This document shows, one piece after another, positions 1 through 7,803 of a DNA stretch of 34,933 nt (positions are counted from its first letter, which is position 1; the number at the start of each line of letters is the position of its first letter). Both the position numbers and the translations under genes were made by a program. The stretch lies in the IMG/VR virus record IMGVR_UViG_3300007165_000002. One strand, written 5' to 3'. This stretch comes from a virus. The notes under the pieces are model-generated. The model was not told the DNA's origin, ran no database searches, and saw only the letters and a program-made list of their open reading frames with translations.

Positions 1-120
1 CGGTTTGCATATCGGCCCTGTTTGCCAATCGTTGTCCAGTATTCGTTGGACCAGGTCGAGCCACCGTCACTAGACCAGCGCAACATGGCTTGAGGGTCCT
101 CGCCTTGGCCCGTGGATAAC
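1..120. repeat. Exact 120-bp terminal overlap, copy 1 (identical to 34814-34933). Indicates circular closure or terminal redundancy of the contig.
   Basis: Read directly: 1-120 (cggtttgcatatcggccc...gcccgtggataac) is base-for-base identical to 34814-34933. The repeat lies inside a coding region. Confidence 0.95.
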
Positions 121-1757
121 CCAACGCCAGGCTGGAATTGAATCTGGAGTTCGTGGAAATACTGGCGCTGCAAGTCAGAAGTTAGGTGCGGCGCACGGCG
201 CAGCCGGCGAACCATCTGGCCGTCATCGGTGTAGTAGTCCTGACGCACCCAGTAAAGTTTGCCGTTCTCGTAGTCACCGGCCAAAACCTTCTGGTTGAAA
301 AACGCGCAGCAGTTGCCACGGTGGCGCTCGTACTCGCCCATATTGTTGGTGTAGAGCCACTTGTGCCAGGCGCCGGTGGTGTTGTCATACGCCCAAGTCA
401 GGCCGTGTTCGCCAATACTGGGGAATGTGACCACATAAACCTCATGCCCCTCTAGTTGATAAGTCCAGGCCAGGGCGTCCGAGACGTTCTGACCGACCAG
501 GGTATTTTCCACGGCGTGGGTGCTGATCCGCTCTGGAAAATATCCGTTCATCCGCACGATGGTGGCTTCACCACGGTTGTTGCGGGACACATAAGCAAAA
601 GAGTTGCCCATCCGAGCGCATGACCAACGGGCTGCAATACCCTGTTGAGTTGAGGTGCCTGGGATACGCGTGAACGGAAACGGCACCCCGCCGGAGTCAA
701 TCCACACCTCAGATGACATCTCACCCAAAAGATAAACCTCGCGCCGGTCAACGATAATGGCAACAAGGTCATCCGGTGACCCATCTTTAGAGCCAAACGA
801 CAGGGGGTCGGTAATAGGGCTCAACAGGTCTGAGGCCGCGAACAGTTGGGAGTCAGGCTTGTTGTAAACAAAATAGTTGTCGGTAATGTCTACCGTTCCC
901 CCACCCTCAAAAGCACCGTCTGTTGCGGGTAAAACCGACCAGTTGGATGCGTAGACCGTAACCGCTGGGGTGACCGTTTGAGAGGCGCTGACCGTGTAGG
1001 TTCCGGCGCCACCAGAACCCGTTCCGAGCGCGGTAATGATGGTGCCGTCCGTAATACCAGCGCCGACAATCGTCTGGCCAATCACTATGGTTCCGCTGCT
1101 CACGCTGGCCACGGTCATGGTTGTGCCGCTAATGGTTGCGCTAAAGATGGCCGGTGAGGCCGCAGCGTTAATCGAGGTCGATGCAACAGTTTGGGACTTG
1201 CTGACGGTGTACGTTCCAGTTCCACCCGATCCGGTTCCCAGCGCGGTAATGATGGTATTTTGGCCAACACCGTTACCAAAAATAGCCTGGCCAACCGCAA
1301 TCGTGCCACTCAAAACCGAGGTCACGGTCAGGGTTGTGCTGCTAATTGACCCAGTAAAAATTGCCGCTGATGGGTTGGAAATGCGCCAGGTATATCGGTA
1401 ATCGTTATCCACAATGTAGACGTTAACGCCGTTGTCTACCATGCCGACCAGGCCGGTGGCGGAGTTAAGTTGGCCAACAATCTTGGGGGTCAGGTCGGAT
1501 TCGAGAACGTAAACAAAGTCACCGCAGACGGCCATCAGTTGGGTGCCGCCGGACAAGGTTCGCAGGGCGCGGACTTCCTCCTGATTGGGGAAAATGGCCA
1601 GAGTTTCCAAACCTGGGGTCGGATACAGGGCGATGACGCCGCGATCCTGGGGTGACTTGGTGGGATCAATTTCGGGATAGAAATTGATCAGTTCCTGTGC
1701 ATCTTGATAAATGGATGGCGCTTCATATGCAGCCCCTACAAAGCCAAAATCTGCCAT
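1..1757 (-). CDS. P22 gp10-like head-completion / packaged-DNA stabilisation protein. This is the N-terminal ~585 codons; the ORF continues across the circular junction into 34696-34813, total ~624 aa.
   Basis: Manual translation of the minus strand from ATG 1757 ([32 protein letters not shown]...) shows no stop down to base 1. It is in the same frame as the 34696-34899 ORF once 1-120 is overlaid on 34814-34933. The C-terminus resembles the P22 gp10 C-terminus as I recall it. The gene follows a gp4-like gene, as in P22. It is absent from the ORF track only because it runs off the window edge. Confidence 0.75.
   Translation of the reverse strand, partial: MADFGFVGAAYEAPSIYQDAQELINFYPEIDPTKSPQDRGVIALYPTPGLETLAIFPNQEEVRALRTLSGGTQLMAVCGDFVYVLESDLTPKIVGQLNSATGLVGMVDNGVNVYIVDNDYRYTWRISNPSAAIFTGSISSTTLTVTSVLSGTIAVGQAIFGNGVGQNTIITALGTGSGGTGTYTVSKSQTVASTSINAAASPAIFSATISGTTMTVASVSSGTIVIGQTIVGAGITDGTIITALGTGSGGAGTYTVSASQTVTPAVTVYASNWSVLPATDGAFEGGGTVDITDNYFVYNKPDSQLFAASDLLSPITDPLSFGSKDGSPDDLVAIIVDRREVYLLGEMSSEVWIDSGGVPFPFTRIPGTSTQQGIAARWSCARMGNSFAYVSRNNRGEATIVRMNGYFPERISTHAVENTLVGQNVSDALAWTYQLEGHEVYVVTFPSIGEHGLTWAYDNTTGAWHKWLYTNNMGEYERHRGNCCAFFNQKVLAGDYENGKLYWVRQDYYTDDGQMVRRLRRAPHLTSDLQRQYFHELQIQFQPGVGLSTGQGEDPQAMLRWSSDGGSTWSNEYWTTIGKQGRYAN
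963..1367 (-). repeat. Tandem duplication (2 x ~65 aa) of a Gly/Thr-rich domain inside the gp10-like protein
   Basis: Copy 1, aa ~131-196: [60 protein letters not shown]. Copy 2, aa ~202-265: [60 protein letters not shown]. Confidence 0.85.
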
Positions 1758-2341
1758 TACGCGCCCTCCTTGTAAGAGTCACCGCGCAGCAAAGATTTCA
1801 TAGATGGCAGACTGATGCCAAACTGGGCCGCAAGACTGCGGACAGACTGGCCTTGTTTGCGTAATTCTCTGGCTTGACGGGCTTGTTCCATAGTTAGTTT
1901 GCAACGCGGGCCTTTGTCCCCGCTAAAGTCTGGACAACGGCGGCGTTCCACTTTGTCCCGCGTGTTGTCTTTGAACGTACCAAGGTACAAGTGTTTTGGG
2001 TTGCAGCACGGCGGGTTGTCGCACCGATGCAAAACGAAACCACTGATGTCAGTAGCGCGAGGGGCGTTGAGGTCAATTTTGCCAGGATACGCAAGATTGA
2101 AGATGACGCGATGCGCGTAATAGCCCTTTTGATTGATCCAAGTGCGGCCATAGTTGTCGTGGTTTCTAAAACCCTTCCATTCCCAGCACTCATCTTCTCC
2201 GCGAATGTCAACCTTTGACCACAAAACATCAGGCGTGTTTTGCGCTTTGCCGCTATTTGGGGCAACAAGTCCTTGCTTTTTGCGTTGGTAGTAGCGGCGT
2301 TGGTATTCGGCATTTCGTTCTCTTTTTGCTTGTTCGTCCAT
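1757..2341 (-). CDS. Free-standing HNH-type homing endonuclease with C-terminal HTH (194 aa)
   Basis: Motifs [24 protein letters not shown]...[26 protein letters not shown] match the HNH_3-like pattern. The C-terminus [23 protein letters not shown] looks like an HTH. Strong SD (AGGAG) precedes ATG 2341. A 1-nt TAATG overlap joins it to the downstream gp10-like start. Confidence 0.8.
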   Translation of the reverse strand: MDEQAKRERNAEYQRRYYQRKKQGLVAPNSGKAQNTPDVLWSKVDIRGEDECWEWKGFRNHDNYGRTWINQKGYYAHRVIFNLAYPGKIDLNAPRATDISGFVLHRCDNPPCCNPKHLYLGTFKDNTRDKVERRRCPDFSGDKGPRCKLTMEQARQARELRKQGQSVRSLAAQFGISLPSMKSLLRGDSYKEGA

Positions 2342-2374
2342 GACTGGCTCCTATTAAGTGACCAGTCAATTATA
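2342..2374 (-). promoter_or_regulatory. Hairpin flanking the HNH ribosome-binding site, plus a perfect TATAAT just upstream
   Basis: Minus strand reads TATAAT(2374-2369) t GACTGG(2367-2362) tcacttaatAGGAG(2361-2348) CCAGTC(2347-2342) ATG(2341). The 6-bp arms bracket the SD. The direct repeat TTTATTAGG occurs twice at 2375-2402. No good -35 was found. Confidence 0.4.
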
Positions 2375-2404
2375 CCTAATAAATCCACAAACCTAATAAA
2401 CCCG

Positions 2405-3370
2405 CTAAAAGCCTCCTGTAAGTATCCAACCGGCATCCGCCCTCTTGCCAACCACTAACGTGTCATCAAATCTGGCCACCTGAATTGGTTTCATGTTGGT
2501 TCGCTTGATGACTGATTTGGCGTTACTAGCAAAAGCGTTAATCATCGCAATTTGCTGCGGGTTAGACTTGCCATACATGGGGCACAACCGTTCGGCCAGG
2601 CACCAGCGCATGGCCATATAGTAGCCCTGGGGAATGACAATGTTGTCGTACAGGGAACCAAACCGCTGGAACATGGTGTCGGCAAAAATGTGCATCTCAC
2701 CCTGGGAAGGGTTTGGCCACACCGTAATGGTTCCGAGGGTCTCGCCTGGCTGGTAGTAGAGCGCACGGGGCCAAGGGCCGTTCATGGTCTTTAGACCAAT
2801 CAGTTCGTAGTTCTCCAGGTTCAGGATAGTCACCGGATAGTCCAGACCACCACCCTGGATGGGCTGGCCGTTGGCGGTCGTGTTGACCCGCACAAACGCG
2901 GAGTTGATCGACAGGGGGCGCTCGTAATAGGCCGAAATGGTTGTGCTGGCCACCGTCTGGGATACGCTCACCGTATAAGTGCCCGCGTAATTGACGTTGC
3001 CGCCCGCACCAGTTCCGAACCCGACAATCTTGGTGCCCGCAGTGATTCCAGAGCCAGAGATGGTCATTCCAAGGGCAATTGCGCCCTGGGTGATGTTGGT
3101 CACCGTCAGGGTTGTGCCGCTGATGGAGCCGGTCACCGTGGCACCAATCTGGCCACCTGGGCCGATGGTGTACTGAGTTTGGCCGGCGGTCAGCGTGTAG
3201 ACGATTTCGGTCTTGTAAAAGACCATCATTTGCTCGTTTGACCACTGGTCGAGCATATCGTTGAGCATATCGAACGCGTCTTGGGCGTCCGCAGGGGCGG
3301 GAGTTTCACCGGCCTCTAGTGCCCCGATGTCTTTGAGGGCGCGGCTGATGATGTCGATTGGTTGCGTCAT
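2405..3370 (-). CDS. P22 gp4-like head-to-tail adaptor (tail accessory factor) carrying an inserted ~65-aa domain (321 aa)
   Basis: The N-terminus [47 protein letters not shown] matches the gp4-family pattern (AL+.lG........q.a.d.Ln.Ml..W). The start was chosen at ATG 3370, which gives an ATGA overlap with the upstream stop. The track's longer 365-aa N-extension overlaps the upstream gene. Confidence 0.7.
   Translation of the reverse strand: MTQPIDIISRALKDIGALEAGETPAPADAQDAFDMLNDMLDQWSNEQMMVFYKTEIVYTLTAGQTQYTIGPGGQIGATVTGSISGTTLTVTNITQGAIALGMTISGSGITAGTKIVGFGTGAGGNVNYAGTYTVSVSQTVASTTISAYYERPLSINSAFVRVNTTANGQPIQGGGLDYPVTILNLENYELIGLKTMNGPWPRALYYQPGETLGTITVWPNPSQGEMHIFADTMFQRFGSLYDNIVIPQGYYMAMRWCLAERLCPMYGKSNPQQIAMINAFASNAKSVIKRTNMKPIQVARFDDTLVVGKRADAGWILTGGF
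2933..3142 (-). repeat. Third copy of the Gly/Thr-rich ~65-aa domain, inserted in the gp4-like protein
   Basis: The sequence [64 protein letters not shown] aligns with the two copies at 963-1367. Short DNA identities are also seen, e.g. cagggttgtgccgctgatgg versus catggttgtgccgctaatgg. Confidence 0.8.
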
Positions 3371-3675
3371 ATCGTCACCTTGAATGTGTCCACGGCCCAG
3401 GGCGGCTTGGTCGGTGTTGCGGACTTCAGCGCATCCAGTTGCTCTTGTAGTCTCGATTTTATTAGATGTTTGCCGTCTTGGATAGCGTCTAAATCCACCC
3501 AATGTGCGACCTGGGCCTCGCCCACGTTCTCGCCCATCTCGTACTGTTTCCGCATCTTCCAGTAGCCCTCAGTGGCCACCGCGTGGTCACCGTCCGCCAA
3601 TGTAACGTGATACCTGACGGACTTGATGACCTGGCCATCCAACACCAGTTCGGAGATTTTCCAGTCAAAGGTCAT
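3367..3675 (-). CDS. Hypothetical protein (102 aa), fibre-cassette associated
   Basis: Complete ORF with ATGA overlaps at both ends (3672-3675 and 3367-3370). Confidence 0.75.
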   Translation of the reverse strand: MTFDWKISELVLDGQVIKSVRYHVTLADGDHAVATEGYWKMRKQYEMGENVGEAQVAHWVDLDAIQDGKHLIKSRLQEQLDALKSATPTKPPWAVDTFKVTI

Positions 3676-3869
3676 ATTTGCACCGTAAACGTGTTTTCGG
3701 ATGCTTGTTCTAATACGGGCGCATCATGCGGCAGAGGTTCGTTACCCTCGGCAACCCACTTCAAGTATTCCTGATAGTCTGTGTTGGCGGGGTCAAAAGG
3801 AATAGACCAACCATCTGACCTTAAAACGGATGTTATTTCATCCCTACTGTTTTTTTGTTCTCTATACAT
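3672..3869 (-). CDS. Hypothetical protein (65 aa), fibre-cassette associated
   Basis: Complete ORF, tightly packed. The motif NTDYQEYLKWVAEGNEP is common in small proteins next to phage fibre genes (recalled, not searched). Confidence 0.65.
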   Translation of the reverse strand: MYREQKNSRDEITSVLRSDGWSIPFDPANTDYQEYLKWVAEGNEPLPHDAPVLEQASENTFTVQI

Positions 3870-3871
3870 TG

Positions 3872-4996
3872 TTATAACTCCGCTGAATATTGAACAAATG
3901 TTGTTGTGTTATTAAGAGAAATCCATTGAGTTGCATATCCAGCGGTGAACCCAGACGATACGGTAATATCAGTTACAACATTGTTTGGGTCTGCTGAATC
4001 AATAGCATAAGCAGTTACCGCAAGATTTGATGCCGTTGAGTTTGGGGCATAAGTTGAACCAACCACATTAAGTGACGGACTTGTTCTCATGGTAACTTTT
4101 AATGGCGTAATGACTTGTGCACGAGACCCAGAATATGCTTGACCCCACGCAAACCTTGTATATTGAACAGTTCCACCAATGCTTTGAAAATACCGTTGAC
4201 ACAACGCCAACTCAGTGCCATAAGGTCTGCGCTCAAACTCAGTAGCCACACTGCCGACTTCTAGTTGTACGCCGGTGATGTAGAAGGTGGCTCCGTTGGT
4301 TCCGACTACGCTGACAGAACCAGTAACCGCCGTAAAGTTACCTGCTTGCCACGACCCAGCAGTTGTACTATATGTAGAGCCAGCACCCAAATTAAAATAA
4401 ATGGACAATCCAATACCGTTGTTGGTAAGCCAAGTACCAGACTGATCTCCAGCAACCGTGATTGTTTTTTGTTCCCAAGTATTTGCAGAGTTAACTGTAA
4501 ATGTAAAAGCGTAGGAACGGTTGTTTGCAGAGTTTTGAAGTGCGCCGCTATGCGTTCCAGTTAAACTTGAACGAACCCAAAACGAAATTGTGATTGTTTT
4601 TGCAGATGCAGTACCCCAAGCAAAATCTGCACAGTTAAAGCCTTCAATTGCCTGATATTGAACAAATAAATCACCGCTTCCAACAGAATATGCAGATGAT
4701 GAAGTTGTGCCGAGATAATTTGTAAAGCCAGCCGGAGGAGTTACTGAACCAGCATTTTGCTGAACCGTTAATTTTGATGCTTGCGTTACATAAAACTTCC
4801 AACGATCAACCGTGTAAGTCACGGCTCCGCTTGCTGGCGTAACACTCGCACCAGCATTCCTCTGGTCAATCCGCATGTCACCATTGATGATGCGGTTCCT
4901 AAACCCCATAGAGCCAGCGGGGGACGCAGGGCCGTATAGCACCGCATTGGAGCCGCCAGATGAATCTAGGATTTCGTCTACTTTTAGTGTGCTCAT
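3872..4996 (-). CDS. Tail fibre / receptor-binding protein (374 aa)
   Basis: Shows NRIINGDMRIDQRN near the N-terminus and ITGVQLEVGSVATEFERRPYGTELALCQRYF, a pattern I recognise from phage fibre/spike proteins. The gene has markedly low GC (about 35-42% in sampled lines). Confidence 0.7.
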   Translation of the reverse strand: MSTLKVDEILDSSGGSNAVLYGPASPAGSMGFRNRIINGDMRIDQRNAGASVTPASGAVTYTVDRWKFYVTQASKLTVQQNAGSVTPPAGFTNYLGTTSSSAYSVGSGDLFVQYQAIEGFNCADFAWGTASAKTITISFWVRSSLTGTHSGALQNSANNRSYAFTFTVNSANTWEQKTITVAGDQSGTWLTNNGIGLSIYFNLGAGSTYSTTAGSWQAGNFTAVTGSVSVVGTNGATFYITGVQLEVGSVATEFERRPYGTELALCQRYFQSIGGTVQYTRFAWGQAYSGSRAQVITPLKVTMRTSPSLNVVGSTYAPNSTASNLAVTAYAIDSADPNNVVTDITVSSGFTAGYATQWISLNNTTTFVQYSAEL

Positions 4997-5259
4997 GGTT
5001 TCGGGTACTTGTCTTTAACGGCTTGGATTAACGCAGCCATTTCGGGTGGGAACACGCCAGCATGGAACAAAGCATCGAGCTGGTCGCCAATCGGTGGGTA
5101 TTCTGGTTGACGTTGTTCTTTGTATTCATTTGCTTGGACCATGGCCTGCGCCGCAGCCAAGTCGTACTCGACCACGTTACCAGCGGCATCATAAGCAATG
5201 TCTCCACCAACGCTCACAATGTTGGGGTTTAAAAAAATAATTGCGTCTTTAAGTTTCAT
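4993..5259 (-). CDS. XkdW-like small protein (88 aa), possible fibre assembly factor
   Basis: The C-terminal EYPPIGDQLDALFHAGVFPPEMAALIQAVKDKYPKP resembles the XkdW family. ATGA overlap with the downstream fibre gene. Confidence 0.55.
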   Translation of the reverse strand: MKLKDAIIFLNPNIVSVGGDIAYDAAGNVVEYDLAAAQAMVQANEYKEQRQPEYPPIGDQLDALFHAGVFPPEMAALIQAVKDKYPKP

Positions 5260-5261
5260 GT

Positions 5262-5813
5262 TTATCCCGCAATCTCAAGAACAGTAATAGACCCAACCGA
5301 AGAACTAGCTGTATAAGCATTTATATACACGTTATTTCCGTCTGTTGATCTCAAATAAACTTGATATGTAATTGGAGAAGTCGTTGCTGGCGAGTCAAGA
5401 AAATTCATACCAACAGTTACATAACCTTGACCTGTAATAAGATTCAAAGCCTGAGAACCGCTGGCAAGATTTGTTGCATCTCTATAAATTGTAAATTGAC
5501 CGTACGTTGAGGCTGATGATTTGTACCCTACCGTATTAGCTAGTATTAAAAATTTACTAGAAGCAGACGCTGGAGTAATTGTTACCGAAAGTGTATTTGA
5601 CGCAGTAACAAAAGTAGTTGATGTGGTTGCTCGCTCTGTTAGGTCAGTAGCAGATAGAACTTGCAACACCTTGCCCAGACCAGATGACGCCGTAGTCAAA
5701 ATAGTGCCCGTATTTGTAGGCAGCGTTAGCGTGTAGTCTGAGTTTGTGTTGGGGGCCGCAACAGTCAGCGTACCCGTGCCAGATGCGTTAGGGGCGAATG
5801 TGATTTTGCTCAC
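5262..5813 (-). CDS. Tail fibre-like protein (183 aa), GTG start
   Basis: The N-terminus SKITFAPNASGTGTLTVAAPNTNSDYTLTLPTNTGTILT is typical of short phage fibres. GTGA overlap with the upstream gene. Low GC. Confidence 0.65.
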   Translation of the reverse strand: MSKITFAPNASGTGTLTVAAPNTNSDYTLTLPTNTGTILTTASSGLGKVLQVLSATDLTERATTSTTFVTASNTLSVTITPASASSKFLILANTVGYKSSASTYGQFTIYRDATNLASGSQALNLITGQGYVTVGMNFLDSPATTSPITYQVYLRSTDGNNVYINAYTASSSVGSITVLEIAG

Positions 5814-6016
5814 TGTGCTGCCTCCTGCAATGGGGTCAAATCTTCAGTAGTCCAGAAGTCTTTCGCAAGCATGATCCGCAGATGCTCTTTGTTCCTGGCC
5901 ACGCAGTCAGCCCAGTCCTCATCAGTCATGTCAGCCGGTTTGCCAGCGTTGATCAGGTTCACCGAGTCCATAGCCGCAGAGTAGTGGCGGGCAATTTCTT
6001 CTTGTGTCAGTTCCAT
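5810..6016 (-). CDS. Hypothetical acidic protein (68 aa)
   Basis: Complete ORF. TAATG and GTGA couplings to its neighbours. Confidence 0.65.
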   Translation of the reverse strand: MELTQEEIARHYSAAMDSVNLINAGKPADMTDEDWADCVARNKEHLRIMLAKDFWTTEDLTPLQEAAQ

Positions 6017-7272
6017 TATTGGCCTTTCAGTGCTGCGATTTCAGCGGCTTGCGCTTCTACTTTTTCTTTAAGGTCTTGCACTGCCTTAAGCAGCACAACA
6101 GTCAAACGCTCGTATTGGAAACCCTCGACTTCACCATCAGGGCCGTAAGTAACCAGTTCAGTCACGCCAGCGTCATGCACCTCGTCTGCAATGATTCCGA
6201 TATGGTCTTTGGTTGGATCGTCTACTTGGCTCTTTGACTTGTAGCGAACAGGTCTAAACAACCCAATGTCGATACTCTCAAGGTCACGAATGTCTTGCTT
6301 GTATTTAAGAGCAGATGTTGAACGGAACATTGCCCCATCAGAACCAACGATCACATTGGCAGCAGAACCGCTGGTTGTGTCATAGGCATACTGAATCTGG
6401 AATTGACCGCTAGGCGCTCTCCATCGGCTGTTTGTGCCATCCCAGTAGAGCCGAGGATTCCCATCACCATCAGACAACACAATCCAGTTATTTGCAGTGC
6501 GGATGTCGAGGCTACCTTGGTTGCCGTTGTAGCGACCGAGGATAGTATTTTTTGCGCCGGTTGTTATTGCGTCACCAGCACCAGCACCGACCGCAGTGTT
6601 GTAAATTCCGGTTGCAGCACTCAAAGCATAAGTACCTACGGCAACACAGTTTTCAGCCGTTGTTCCGGTTTTTAATGCGTTGTCTCCAATCACAACATTC
6701 GCACCGCCGGTCGTTAGTGCATATCCTGCAATCTGCCCAATAAGCGTGTTTCTTGTAGCAGTGGTTGAACTATACCCAGCCTGATAACCTACAGCCGTGT
6801 TGTTCGAGGCGGTGGTGTTGGAGGTGAGCGCAGATGACCCTACGGCAGTATTTGAAGCACCACTAGCATTAGCGTTCATTGCGCCAGCACCGATAGCAGT
6901 ATTATTGTCACCACTATTTGAAGTGCCATTGCCCATTGCTTGTGCGCCAACAGCGGTGGAACTAGAGCCTGTATATGCCCGCATGGTGTAGTCACCAATC
7001 GCCACATTGTCATTCCCGCTCGTAGAAGTCGCTAATGTGTTGTCTCCAAGAATTGTATTTCTTGAGCCAGTAACTCCTGATCCAGCAGTAGAACCAACCG
7101 CAGTGTTCCTTGTTCCAGTCGAATTAGAAGAAAGCGCACTCGCGCCCAACGCAGTGTTGGTTGACACATTGCCCGCGCCCTGACCCACCGACAGACCGTC
7201 AATCGTTGCTTGGTCAGTTGAGGTTAGGGCTGGGGTCGTGATCCCAGTCGTGCCGTTAATCGTTACGCTCAT
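6016..7272 (-). CDS. Tail fibre with YadA-head-like NTAVG repeats and a C-terminal S74 intramolecular-chaperone (auto-cleaving) domain (418 aa)
   Basis: About 14 degenerate repeats of the type NTAVGxxAxxxxTxGxxNTAIG span aa ~40-250 (nt ~6523-7155). The C-terminus TSALKYKQDIRDLESIDIGLFRPVRYKSK...HIGIIADEV...EGFQYERLTVVLLKAVQDLKEKVEAQAAEIAALK (nt ~6019-6321) matches the peptidase S74 chaperone pattern. Confidence 0.8.
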   Translation of the reverse strand: MSVTINGTTGITTPALTSTDQATIDGLSVGQGAGNVSTNTALGASALSSNSTGTRNTAVGSTAGSGVTGSRNTILGDNTLATSTSGNDNVAIGDYTMRAYTGSSSTAVGAQAMGNGTSNSGDNNTAIGAGAMNANASGASNTAVGSSALTSNTTASNNTAVGYQAGYSSTTATRNTLIGQIAGYALTTGGANVVIGDNALKTGTTAENCVAVGTYALSAATGIYNTAVGAGAGDAITTGAKNTILGRYNGNQGSLDIRTANNWIVLSDGDGNPRLYWDGTNSRWRAPSGQFQIQYAYDTTSGSAANVIVGSDGAMFRSTSALKYKQDIRDLESIDIGLFRPVRYKSKSQVDDPTKDHIGIIADEVHDAGVTELVTYGPDGEVEGFQYERLTVVLLKAVQDLKEKVEAQAAEIAALKGQ

Positions 7273-7803
7273 TTAAATCACCACCTTTGCTTTATATTCT
7301 TCAGCCACTTTATCGGCTTCCTCTTTGGTGTGAAATTTTCCAAGATATACACGAACCCCGTTTACAGTTGGGCGTGACTTAAACTGCGGACGCCGACCAG
7401 AGCAGTTGTCAAAATGCCAGCGCTTGGTGCTGGTTGCCCCACCCACAAAACCACAATGTGGGCAAGTAATTTTTGTGTGTGTAAGCCCTTTCATTTGTTT
7501 TGATCTATGCGCCCTAAGTTCTTGGGTTTGGCAGTAATCAAGCGCACCTTTTCCGCCAGAGGTTTGATTCACCAGTTCATGGCCCAAGTCTTTAAAGCAT
7601 TGGATCAAAAACTGTTCATGCCTATATGCCTCTGCTTCAGTTTTCCAGTCAGCCAAAATTTGAGCGGTATATCCACGAAATTTCGCAACCACCGCTCTCC
7701 ACTTTAAAGACCTATCAGATTTTGCAAATACACGATCCTTTACACCTTTACCGATGTAAAAGACTTGCCCTGCTGGCGTGAGATGAGCGTATGTGTAGTG
7801 CAT
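7273..7803 (-). CDS. Free-standing GIY-YIG homing endonuclease with Zn-finger and AP2-like DNA-binding tail (176 aa)
   Basis: Shows YTYAHLTPAGQVFYIGKG...R...EAYRHEQFLI...VNQTSGG (GIY-YIG motifs), CPHCG...DNC, and C-terminal NGVRVYLGKFHTKEEADKVAEEY (AP2-like). The start ATG 7803 shares 1 nt with the upstream stop (TGATG). The stop abuts the next start. Confidence 0.8.
   Translation of the reverse strand: MHYTYAHLTPAGQVFYIGKGVKDRVFAKSDRSLKWRAVVAKFRGYTAQILADWKTEAEAYRHEQFLIQCFKDLGHELVNQTSGGKGALDYCQTQELRAHRSKQMKGLTHTKITCPHCGFVGGATSTKRWHFDNCSGRRPQFKSRPTVNGVRVYLGKFHTKEEADKVAEEYKAKVVI

Noticed and set aside
1887-1897. 11-mer GTTTGCAACGC shared with the auxiliary palindrome at 23515-23525
   Set aside because: It lies within the HNH coding sequence with no dyad partner or promoter context. 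A single 11-mer match is compatible with chance.
1894-2451. 185-aa minus-strand ORF overlapping the HNH gene in another frame
   Set aside because: The HNH frame carries clear catalytic motifs, an SD and coupling to its neighbours. The alternative frame has none of these and would run across the gp4-like stop.
2697-3245. 182-aa alternative-frame ORF inside the gp4-like gene
   Set aside because: Its H/R/W/P/D-rich composition is implausible. The gp4-like frame has family motifs and the repeated domain.
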